Position numbers and translations under genes: made by a program. Under the pieces are notes generated by a model. It saw nothing but the letters and a program-made list of their open reading frames with translations, had not been told where the DNA came from and made no database searches. From assembly GCA_036172245.1 (NCBI GenBank), contig JAYWIR010000016.1, forward strand, positions 2,604,001 through 2,668,000: a stretch of 64,000 bases of DNA, given 5' to 3'. Shown one piece after another: positions 46,817-58,500 of this stretch. This DNA is from Raillietiella orientalis. Taxonomy: Eukaryota. How positions within the stretch are numbered: position 1 is the first letter of the stretch; each line of letters starts with the position of its first letter.

Positions 46817-49800
46817 GTGCGGACTCTCTCCCCAGGACCGGAGGAGGACGCGCGGCTATACTAACCACTCTAGCCGGGGCCGATAGACGGAGGAGGAAGG
46901 TCACTCTAGACGAGGGATAGTGATCAGTGGATGCCAGTCAGAGGAAGAAGTTCATCGTCTCTTCCCGAGGTCATCCAGGACCGAGCTCACGTTTCTGTCT
47001 GTCTGGTTTGTCAGGAGTGCGAGCTAAAGGGGGGCGATCCGATCTTGTAGGAAGCATGACCCCGGAGGTCAGGGAGGGACGAGGAGGCTTGCAGATGATG
47101 AGGGAACCACGCACAGGGTCCAAGGTGCGGAAGGGGATGCGCGTGCGCAGACCCACGCGCAGGGACTCCGCGCGCCATCTGTGGATCCGCTCTAGCAGTT
47201 CTCCAGCCGGACTGCAGAGGGAGCGAGCTCCTTCCTGAGCAGAGCGGCTGCGAGTTCCAGCCGGGGCAGTCGGAGAAGGAGTAGCGAGTCGGTGGCGGCG
47301 CAAAAAGGGCAAGAAAAAGGGAGAAAAGGGAGCGCTGTCTCGTAGGATGAGAGCTCTCGATTTCTGTGGTTCTCTTCCCACCTCAGGTTTCCGGGAGTCT
47401 CAGGGATGCCGCTGCCGAAGGAGGGCGCGTGAGCCTTCTGCTTTCGGCCAAGAGAAGCAAGGAGGGAGGGTCAAGAGCAGTGAGAGCCCAGGGGTGCAAT
47501 AGAGTACTCCAGGGAGATGCCGCGGGAGACATGAACAACAAACGGACGATGACCATCGGCCTTCTTTGCTCGCACCGCCGAGCTAGCGTTGCCGAGAAGC
47601 GTCGTGGGACGGCACACCTGTAAAAGACCTACGCGCGCGCGCACGTTCTGCCTCCATACCCTCCCTCCTCTTCCCCCGGGAGGGCAGCCCCGCGACCCAC
47701 TCCGGCGACACCCTCCTCGGGCGTGCCATCGTGTCCGCGGGCACGCTCCGGAGGCGCCCCAGTCTCCGCGTCGGCTTCCTCATTGCGTCACTTCGGTGCA
47801 GGACCAAGACGGGGTCAGAGGGTCCCCTCTGACCCCGTAAGCTACTGGGAACCGACGAAAGCACAGAGGTGTTTGCAGCTTCTCGAACGTGAAGGATGAG
47901 AGGAGAGGGGAAAGTTGGTTCATGCGGTCCGAGAAAATCTGGGAGGGAAGGAACTCATCTGGAGGAGAGCGAAAGGAGGGGACGGAAGGGGAGGACCAAA
48001 CACGGTGTCTGAGGCTGGTGATGAGCGGGTCTGGCCTCTTCCCAGATCCCTTCCGCCCCCAATCTCTCTCCCCATCTTCATTCTTCGGCATCTGAAAGGC
48101 GTGACTTCCCGGGGAAGAGCACCGGGAAAATGGTCCCGCTTCACGCAACAGCAGTGATGCCCAGATCGTCCACCCGCGACCTCTCGCGGCAAGAGTGCTT
48201 TCCCTCTACAGAAGGAAGGGTAGGGACTCATCCCTCTCTGCCCTCTCGATGAGCAATCTTCGGAAGTCGAGCGTCAGGAGCTCAGAGGATCGCGGCGGAA
48301 AATACCATTCCCCCTTCATCTTTTCTCCCCTCTTCTCCTTCCCTTCTAGGGGAGGGAATGACGGGAACATGTTCCTCGGTGGAGCATTAGGGCGCGTTCC
48401 GTGAGAGGACCACCATCCGGAAGCTTTCCCGGATTTTGAAGGACCTCGCGTCAACAGATCTACTTCTGGCGTCTACTTCTAACGCCGCAGCTTCTAGAAA
48501 CGTCCCTCGTCTCCATGGGGACCGGAAGAAGCGGACGAACGTGCGAAGCAGGCATCCAGAGTGGGAACCAACAAGCATGGAAGAAGAGGGAAAGCGGTGG
48601 CTATCCACGATCGGGTGAGCATTTTGGGAGCCTGTCCTCCCCCTTCCCCATTTCAGGAGGATGCAAACATCCCTCTCTCCTACTTCTCTGAGTGGGACGC
48701 TGGATGTTCCCCCTCAAACTTCGTGTTCGGAAAAAATTGCGGCCTCAGATGCCGTTCCTGTGGCGGCTGCGTAGTCTGTGGGAGCTCCTTCGCCACCGAT
48801 CCCTCTGCTTCCTTCCCCCTTCCAGAGCGTCTCCCGTCTTGCCACCAGGCTTCCAGGGTTCCTCACCGGGCGACCAAAAGACGATCTCCAGAGCGACCGG
48901 CGGTGGCTCCAAGCTCCCTTTCCTCTAAGGCGGCTGCTTGTTTCCTCGACGGCTCCAAAGCACGTGGTCACTCCCCAGGAGGACCTCCAAAGACGTTCTG
49001 GATCCAGGTTGGCAGGAAACTGAGAAAGAAGCAGGAGATTCTAATGGGTCTGCAGACCCTTGAGTAGGCGCGGTGCTCCGAAGCAGGACTCCACCTCCGC
49101 AAGGACAGCGTCGGCGGGACCTTTCTAGGTCTTCCTTTGCCTGGAACCCGGTTTCCTTAGATGCCCTTCCCATCGTCCAAGCGAATTCCGTTGGGAAACC
49201 GTCCGGTCACCATCTGGACGGCAGAGCAGCGGCTGCGAGCAGCCGAATCTCATAGAATGAACCTTCTTTTCTTCCCGCATTCCCCACGAAGTCAGTGTGG
49301 CTGAGGGCGTCGCAGTGGCGCGCATGACCCAGAGCCAGAAATGGAAGCGTCGTCGCTGCCACTGCCTTCGTCTCCTACCGGTCTCTTTTGCGAGTCGTTC
49401 CCTCCTCTCTCCTCCTCTTCCGTCCCCATTTCTCAATGAAATTTCTTTCGGGGGAACGCGTGAACGCACCCGGTGACCTGCCCCTCTGGGCAACGACTAA
49501 TACCCGAGCCTTCCCGGAACTTTCTGCAGCAGCGGCCTCATGACCTCGGCAGGCGGTTCCTTACTGATTGCGGCCTTTCCGTGCTGGTCGCATCCCGCGT
49601 CTCTCAAGAACGTCTCTCAGGCCTCTTTCCTTTGCTTGGTACCCTGAGACCGGAGAGGAGCCGGTCCCACAGCAACCTCTTCCTCCTCCCATCCCGGCAC
49701 GAGCTTCTGCTTCCCAGGAGGCGCCCCCGCAAAGGGAGTGTTGTCGGATTGAGGCAAATGAATGTCCTTTCGCCCCTGAGCACGTGACTCTGCGAGAGAG

Positions 49801-50351
49801 TAAACAAAGGGGGGAAGGCGGCGGCCACCGCCTTTGTTCGGGGATCGAGGAGGGGAAGGAGGACGGAGATAGCGGGAGCGTCTTCATGGAACGCCGGGAT
49901 GCGGCGCCCCTCTCCTGGAAGAGCGGGCACGCGGCGCCCTTCTCCAAGATTTCCAGCACGCAAGGATCCTTTTCGAAATCTTTGGCAGCAGGCGGGAGGT
50001 TTCCCTAGGCGGGGAATGAGGGACCTGCCCAATCTGCCCGAGAAAGAATTTTCCTCCGCCTTTCCTGTCCGCGGGATGGAGGAGCGACACCTCCGTGACC
50101 CACGAGGACAGATACGCGGCTCCATCTTCTGCCTGATATTATAGGGAGGGTGCGTCCTTCCAATCTTCCAGGAGTGCAGGAGGGTTCGGAGTCTCTGACG
50201 GGAGGCGACACTTCCGGTGCAGATGGAGAGACTCCTCAAGGTGCCTTCCCGGCCCCCCTCCCTGAACCACTCAAGGGGGTCACTTCGAGATCATCTGAGA
50301 CTATCTTCTTCCTGGAGCTGTGTCCGGATTGCTCGCTGGAAGATGGGGATG

Positions 50352-50383
50352 GGAGCTGTTAGGAAAGTGGAGCTGTTAGGAAA
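50352..50383. repeat. Tandem duplication, 15-bp unit at 17-bp period
   Basis: ggagctgttaggaaa at 50352-50366 and 50369-50383. Confidence 0.9.
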
Positions 50384-53300
50384 TGGCTCTGTTTGTCGGA
50401 AAGCGGTCGAGGCGCCTCTCCTACTGGGACCATGGCAGGGAGAGCCACGCGTTCAGCAGGCTGTGGGCATCCCTGCCAAGCCCTCGGGCTCTACGTGCAC
50501 GCTGCAGCGCACTTGCCATCGGCAAAACCCTCAGAGGCGGAGCATCTACCCTCTCCCCTTCTCAACCCTTCTCTCTGTTCGGCGCCACGAGAGGCAACAC
50601 GAGCCCTCGAACGGCGGCCGAAGCGGCGGCGCCATCAGAGCTGCTCGAAGAGACCTCAAGGGAGGGTTCCCGGGGGAAGCAGACTGTCGTGCCGCCCTTT
50701 CTCTCTACCAAGCTCCCACGCGTACAGGGGAAGGCGGGAGCATCGCCAGCCATCGGCTCCGAGCACGGACTAGTCGCAGGGGCAACGGGAGAAAAGGGGG
50801 AGGAGGAAGAGGAGATGAGGGGAAGGAGAACTCGCGCAAGCACTCACACCCTGTGTTCGGGAAGGAGGGAAGTGGGGGAAAAGGGGGGTGGATAGAGAGG
50901 AGGACGCTGGAGATCTTCTCCCTTGTGTGCTCCCCATTTCGACATGCAGGGACTGTGAGCAACACCGAAGGCATCAGCCCGGGGGTTCAATAGCCGGTCT
51001 CCCTCTTTAAAGTGGTCTCTGCCACCGCTGGTTTCCCGTGTAGGGAGGGGGGAAAAGGGGGGGGGCACTGGCTGAGGGAAGAAGCGGCGAGGCTGGTGGG
51101 GGGCGCTGCCGGAGGAGGGAGCGGCTTCGGTGTTTTCCTTCGCGACCGGGACGACCGCAGTGAGAGAGGAGGGGGAGGTGGGAAGAAGGGAAGAGGACAC
51201 AGATCTTGGACCTGGACGCCACTGAGAATCTGATGATTCGCGATGGAAACAGTGTGGGCCCCCCGAGGGCGCTCTGCGGTGCGCGCGAGGACGATCTCAG
51301 GAAGGGAAGATCCGAGTAAATGCCGTGGGGGAGTAGACCCACGGTGAAAGCGCCGCAGGAAAACTCTCTTTCCGCCTCCCCCTCGGATGCAGCGGGCCGC
51401 GTAGGAGGCGAGGGCGTGGACCACTGCGGAGGAGCTTGCGAGAGCGAGAAAGTCTGCGAGCTCCAGCAGACGGAATTCCGGAAGTGGGAGGCGAGGGGAG
51501 GGAGAAAGGAGGAGCCGGCGGCTGCCGTATAATTCTCTCGGGAGGCTGGGAACATGATCAGCGCGCCGCGGACCTACGAGACGCGCAAGCCATTGGCCTG
51601 ATGAGGTCAGGGCGCTTCTCAGAGTGATCCCGCAGGACCCAAGGCGTGTGAGAAGTCAAGGATAACCCTCCATATGCCCCTCCATGTGCCTCTCCCGTTT
51701 CCGAACACGGGGTCCAGAGAGATACGGGAGGAGGAAGAGGAACGACAGGGTGAGTCTGTTCCTGGTCCTTCCCATCTTCTTTCCTCCCTTCAACGCAGCC
51801 TCACCCACCCATCCTCCCTTAGCGGAGGAGCGCTGTGCGTGCAGCCATGGACGCGCCGGCAGCTCCTTCCTACGGCCTCAGAGCTCAAAGAAGGGGAGAG
51901 GAAGAAAGATGCTGGAGCCAATCGCGGGGTCCGCCCTTCTTGCTGTCGGGGCGACAGCTAGAGAAGGGATTCCCGACCCCCGACCTTGATCCCCGACCGA
52001 GAAACTGGGAGCGGTTCTGCAGCGCGCGGCTTCCTGGCGCGGAAGCGTACGGTGTGCCGCCCACGCCGGTTTTCTTTCCCCTTGGGAAGAAGCGCAACCT
52101 GGAGGCTGCAGGCAGGGCGACCACCTCCCAGTCTGCAGTCTCCCTCCGAGACTCCTCTCGAGGTTCCTGCCGATCTTCTCACCAGCAAATTCCCCACCGG
52201 GAAAACGTACGCGCACGTCGCGTCCCGGATTCACCACCGAAATCTCCCGCCCCCCTCTGTGCACATCGAGATCCCTTCACTGTCCCTCACCTTCGTGCAG
52301 CTCTTCCCCTTCAGGCACTTCCTTGAGAAGTGAAGAGGATGAGGAGGGGGCGAGGATAAAACATTCCTTCCTATTTACTGAAGATGCAGTGACGGGATAT
52401 CTTCAGCGAAGCATTCTTTGCGCGTCCCGAATGAAAGATAAAAGACTCCGGGACTCTCGCCGCATCCTCTGAAGTCCAGATTCGTTCCAGAAACTTTCTG
52501 GAGGCTGAAACACTGACGAAAGGGAAGTAGGTGGTGCGGGTCTCGCACTCCTTGGAAAAATGAGGAATGCTCAAGAGGAACGTCTTTCCCAATTCGGGAT
52601 TCCTCCTCCTCCCGAGAAGGACCCGGAATGCCCACCCCTCCAGTCTTCCTCTTCTTGTCGCTGGAAGCGGAGACGGTGATCCGAAAGAAGGTCCTCCGCG
52701 TACCAGGAGGACAAACCTAACCGCCTTCGTCTCCCCCTTTTTCCTTCCCTCCAAGGAAAGCGTGGGTTCCGAGGTAGGGAGGCGGGGCTTTGGGAAAAAG
52801 GACAACGACGGGAGAGGAGGGCGGGGGAAAGGGAGGAGGAAGCAGAACTCTCTGCCTGGACCTTTAGGGAACGAGGGAACAGGTCTCTCAACGGGAGACG
52901 GAGAAACTCTGAGCTCTGAGATGACAGCTTTCCCTGGCCACTGGGGATCCCCAACGGAGTTTCGGGGAACTCGGCCGTTCCCAAGGGATTGGAAAGCATC
53001 CGAGAGGCATTCCCGAGCTGGTGCAGCTCGAGAGCACGGCGCTGGTGATGGTGGTGGAATTCCACGAAAGGGAAGGGGAAGGGCAGCAGGTGCGGAAGAG
53101 GGAGGAGAGACGGGAAGGACTCTCCCCGAGGGAAAGGACTTCTCCCCTCACGCTAAGCGCGAACACGGAGTGGATCTGGGAAGAGGGGCTCGCGGAGAAG
53201 TTGCTGGCGCGAGGATGGGTTCCTTGTTTTCCCATGCCCCTCCCCTCCCCCTCGAGTCTGGTGGACGGGTAGGGAGGAAGAAAAGGGCAAGGTAAGAGAG

Positions 53301-55084
53301 CCGAGTTGGATCTGCCTCTCACGAGTGCGCACTTTCCGACTTCCAACTCCCCCTCTACTCGAACGTCCAGGGAGGACTTCACGAAGGACCACCATCGTTC
53401 TTTATGGGCCCAATCCCATCCATCCCCGTCACTCCAGATTCCCCGATGGGAAAGCATGGTGAGTGGGAGGGAAGGGGGAGAAGGAGGAGATGAGGAGATC
53501 TCCTCCAGAGTTCCGCGAAGAGGTCAGTCAGCGGGACTCGTCTCTGACTGGAGCAAGCGCGGTGGGGGACAAGGAGATGGGGGTTTGGAGGCTCCTTCCG
53601 CCACGGCAGTTCACGATCCCTTCCGGGAGAGGTTTCAAGAAAAGGAGGCAGGTGACCTCTTCCTTTTAGGAGAAGTGTCATTTCTCTCTTCCCTTCCAGG
53701 GAGGCACCCTGAGAAGGAAGCTGTGGGGGGAGGTCAAGTGAAGGTTCTCAAAGTTGTCCCCAGGCCTTCTCGTGGAGAGAGTCGCTTGGCGCTCACTAGC
53801 GCATATCCCCAGGATGAGGCATTGCATCCCAGAGGGAAGACGACTAGGGAAACAGAAGTGACCCCTCTCCCAGGGAGACGAGCTTTGGGTTTCCGGCGCG
53901 ACTTCTCCCCTCATTGTCGGTCGACTGGAAGAAAGGACGTGCTTTGGGAAGAACCGCGCCTCTGCTCCACTTGGGGCGAGCGGCGCCACTTCTCGTTTCG
54001 GAGGGAGGGCTTGGAGGAATGTGGTCTCCAGGAGACGGCAATGCCCTCCATGATTGGGATCGTCGCTGTTCCCATACTTAGGCGAGGGGAGGGAGGGATC
54101 TGACCAGCCGGACTGGAAGGAAACAGAGTAAGATGGCGAACAAGTCGCTGGTAACGGAGCAGGTAGAACCCCCGTGAAACGAAGGAGGAAGGGACGAGGG
54201 GGCTTCCTCCCTTTCCCTTCCTTCCCTCGTCGACTCGGCTAAAGTTCTCTTCACCGTGAAGGAAGCGAGCCGCTCCCTTCCAAAGAGAGAAGCAGGTGGT
54301 CGAATTCCGGGCATCCTCTTACCCCCTCTTTCCTCCTCTTAAGAGCAGTAGATGCCTCGTCGCCTCTGGACCGGTCACTCGCTGCTACAGCTGAGCGTCT
54401 GGATCGATGGATGCCACACTTTCGGCTGGTGCATTCGTTACGGAGAGGGCAGGTGCGGGGCCTTCGATGGGCCTCCGCCTGTAGCCCGCCGCCGCCGCCG
54501 CCGCCTCAGCGCTCTCCGTTCGTTCCGGATCGAGCAGGGACGTCCCCAGCAGCAGCTGCTGTTGGGGACAGCGAGAGGGGACGAGGATGAGGACTTCCAC
54601 ACGTGCGGGAGACCGAGGTGCCTCTTCTCTGGGAAGACTCGGCCTATTCCAAAGGAAGGACTTCCCGGGGAGCCTCACCCACGCACTTCGCTCTGGGAAC
54701 ATCGTGCCGCCCCCCTCTTATACAGGGGGAAGAAGGAGGGGGAGGGTCTTGGAGACGCAGGGAAATTTCCCTTGGTTGCACTTCCTGCACCTGTTCATGC
54801 CCAGGAGAAAGGAAGAGGGGGAAGAGATGAGAGGGTGACGGTAGATTGTGGTGGTGGTGGGGGGAACGGGGTACAGCCCAGCAGGAGGAACGCCCGCGCG
54901 CATTTCTTCTTACTCCTCTCCCTTTCCTTGAGCTTCGCTGAGATGGGTCCCAGGTAAGCTGCTTCCCAGAAGACGACCAGACCTCTCGGAGGAGTCCATC
55001 CTGGGGTTGCATGCAACGGGAGAGTCTTGGGAACTTCCCCTCCCCTCTCCCCTGGATTGATCGTCCCGGCGTCATGTTTTTCCC

Positions 55085-55528
55085 ATTAGCGGGGCTCCCT
55101 CTAATCCACTCGCGATTTCCGGCGGCGAATTAGCATTCCGGGATCGCTCCCGGCAGAAAACGAAGAGAGAGATGGATGAGAGTAAGAAGGGGAGAGGGAG
55201 GAAAGATGGAAAGATGGGGGGGGGGGGGCGAGGAGAGGGGAGGGAGAAGGGAAGAAGAGGAGGCGGGAAGAACCGGAAGCGCGCGCTTGGACGGGATTGC
55301 ATTGTGACATAATCCATCCCTGCCGCCACCGCCGCCGCTGCCACCACCTGGGATCGGGAGGAGAACGGGAGAGAGAGTCCCGTTTCCTCTCCTCCCCTCT
55401 CTCCTTCTCCCTTCAAATCCACTTTCCCTCGTAGGGGAATCGGCGACATATGCTGGGATGAAACGGCGCGGAGGGGACGCGACAGCAGCTCGCTCCGGAC
55501 CGAGTCACATTCCCGCCTTAATCAATTA
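55085..55528. promoter_or_regulatory. Candidate enhancer: cluster of homeodomain binding cores
   Basis: TAATCC at 55102 and 55310 (the latter right after TGACA), ATTA cores at 55085 and about 55129, and paired-type dimer site TAAT-CA-ATTA at 55519-55528, in a GC-rich background. Confidence 0.35.
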
Positions 55529-58500
55529 AACTGATAGGGAGATGTGGGGAAGCTGGGACGCGGGGCCGGGATGACGGCCTCTGCCGCCGGGGCTCTGCAG
55601 GAGGAAAAGGGGGAGCCGCACCGCTCGGAAGCAGGGGCCTATGCGGGGTGGGAAGGGAATGGAGGAATGGGAGAAGGAGGAGTCGGGAGGTCGAAGGGAA
55701 AAGTCAAAGGTCTGCAGGATGGACGGGAAAGTGAAGAAGAAGAAGCCTGCCGGAGGAAAATTCTTTCGGGTATCAGAGACGAGAGACCGTCGGCCTTAGG
55801 AAGGGGCCTCTCCTCCCTCACCCTACCACCCATTCTTTCCCTTTCACACCCGAGGGAGGCGAGAGAGAGTGCGACGGGATCGCCGTGGACGAAGCGCCTC
55901 CAGCGAGGCAATGGTCCCGAGGAATCGAGTGCGCTTCTCCTCGACAGCTCCAGAGAGAAGCAGGGACCCAGGAAGGATGACGTGTCGATCTGAGTAAGGA
56001 AGAGAAAGGAAGGAAAAGAGGGAGAAGAGCGCAGGCTAGGCACTGGGAAGCCTCTGGCTCTGCGGATACCCATGGGAGGCACCGCCGCCACTGTCCCGCG
56101 ACGGGAGCGCGCCGGCTTCCTGGTCGGGAGAACCGACCGTCGCACGAGCATTCGGAGAGATGCGGCCGGCCCTCGAAAGGGCATCCTTCTTCGTGGGACT
56201 CCAAGAAGTCGGCCACATAATCGGTTCATCTGGAGCTGCACGCAGAGTCCCCGTTCCCTATACCACGCATGTCCTTTCCGTTCCCCTGGAGAGGAGCCGT
56301 CTGGAGAGGCGATCCGCTCCCGTTCCCCTCCTGCCTCGCAGTGGAGGCTCCTCGGAGTCTCGAGCCAAGAGCTTCTCTTGTCTACCCCTTGCTTCCCTCC
56401 AGCAAGTACGAGGCACCTAGCAAAGCTGGCAGCAACCTGCACCACCTCGCCGAAATTTCCAAGAGGAAATGTTTTTGGCGCCGACTTCCAGGATGGATGA
56501 GGAATAACAGGGAGCGAGGGAGGGTATCATCACTTCCGCCCTGGGGGCAGGTCCTCGTGGAGACGGCTGGTGGAAGAAGTGGTGGGGTAGGAACGGGGGT
56601 AAGGAGGGGAGCACCACATCTCGCTTGGTGACGCCTCTAGCTCCCGGCAAAGCCAGGTGGCAAAGCCAGGCGCGGTTTCTTGCATCCCACCTGGTGAGGG
56701 ACCCCAAAGCGCCCGTTGCCCTCCCTCCCCCCTCTCCGTGAACCTCAGATCTCCACGAGAACGGGATCACCCTCGACATTCCATTCCGAGAGCTCCGGGG
56801 CAGGATAGGGGAGGAGGACCCACGGCATTACCATCAGCAGACCTCCGCCGCGAAACTGCTGATGCTGTGGGATGCGCTGGACGGACCCTTCCTCCGTAGA
56901 GACGGCAGCTGCAGAGGACTTGCCTTCCTCTGGAAGGAGCCGAGTAATGGTGGTGCCGGCTGTCTTCCCGAAAGCGGCTCCCAGGACGTAGGAGGGAGGG
57001 TGGGCGAATGGCAACCCTGGACCCCAAGCGTCCGCAGGAGAGGGGTCGGAAGGCGCACGCGCGGTGTGTTTTCCTCGTTCGCATCCCTCACGCCTGGACT
57101 CCTGGTAAGGTGGGGAGGAGAGGGGAGGGGAGAGGCGCGGAGACGACCCCCCCCTGTGGTTTCGGCAAGGAGCGTGCGGGCCTCAGAGATCGTCTTGAAT
57201 TCCACTTCCCGGGAGTCCCGGAGAAAGCTCGCTCTCCCGCAGCTCGCGGCAGCTCCGAGTTTCTGGAAGAGCGGAAGGGAATGACCCTTCCATGGGACAC
57301 CCAGCGCGACAGGGAGGCCTAAAAACCCTGGGAAGTGCTGTTACAGGATGAACTGATCCTCCCGCGTGAACTGAAAAAGGATCACTTCCTCGAATGGGGG
57401 AGGAGGAGGGAACAAACACTCCTCCCTCAGGAGAGAGACTTCTCTCTAGTCAGCTGACCAATGTGACCGTTGCTGCTCCGCGGGACCACGCGGTTCACCT
57501 GAGAGGAAATGGCGGCTCCGGGAGACGCTTCGCAAAGCGCCCTCTCCAGGACTGGATTCCCGGAGGAATACTTTAGCCACTGACGACAGGTGGCTCCGAT
57601 CAGTGGGGTAGTCCACTGCGAGGGGCGCAAATTTGACTGGGCATGGGGGACGACCCGGGCGCGGCGGATGCAGCTTCACGCGGAAAGCCAGGACGAGGGG
57701 GCAGACGTGGCCGCTTCCCCGGATGCAAGAGGGAGGAGGGAAGGGACTTAGTTTCCCCTGTTGAGTGGTGGCACAGTCGACCTGGTGTGTCTCCCCTCGG
57801 GAACGGACCAAGGAGGTGGTCGGAGACGCTTCCAGAAGAACTCGGGTTCGATCGAGGAAAATCGCCACCCTTCCCCCTGGCACGATGGCTCCTGCCCACT
57901 TCCAAGGCTGGAGGTGGATTCCTCGCGTCCAGGCGGCCCTGCGGATCCTCTGCCATCGCCCCCTTCTCTCCCTGGCTTTTGCAGTCTTGGGGATTCCCGG
58001 TGGACATCAATCCTCATTAATGGATCGACGGCCGGAGCGGGATCGCAGGGGCATCCCAGAAAATAAGGTAGGGAAGGCGAGGAGGGGGAGGGTTATTAAT
58101 GGCTCCTCTTCCTCCGGGATAGCTCAGCGCCAAAAGATGCTGATCTGCCCAGCTCTCGCGTCCAGGTCTCTCCCTCCATTCCTCTCCCGAAGTGAATGAC
58201 AGATTTATCGAAACTCGTTGGGTCCCCACTTCCCGTTTCAGGAATCCCGCTTAATCATCCCGTGCCGGGAGGAGGGTGATCACAGGAGGAACGTGGAGCG
58301 CGGATTGCAGGATTAGCGCGGGAGGAGGGAGTGGCTGGGAGGACTGTTCCACAATCCTCCCCACCCGCACTCTCAGCGCGGGACTCTCCTGGTGGGATCC
58401 GAGTGAACCCTCAGGGCCTCCACGAAGTCCTGAGGTCCCCTTCTGATCTCCCTCATCTTCCCTCCAGCTTATGGCCTTGGGATCCTCGGGAAAACAAGGA

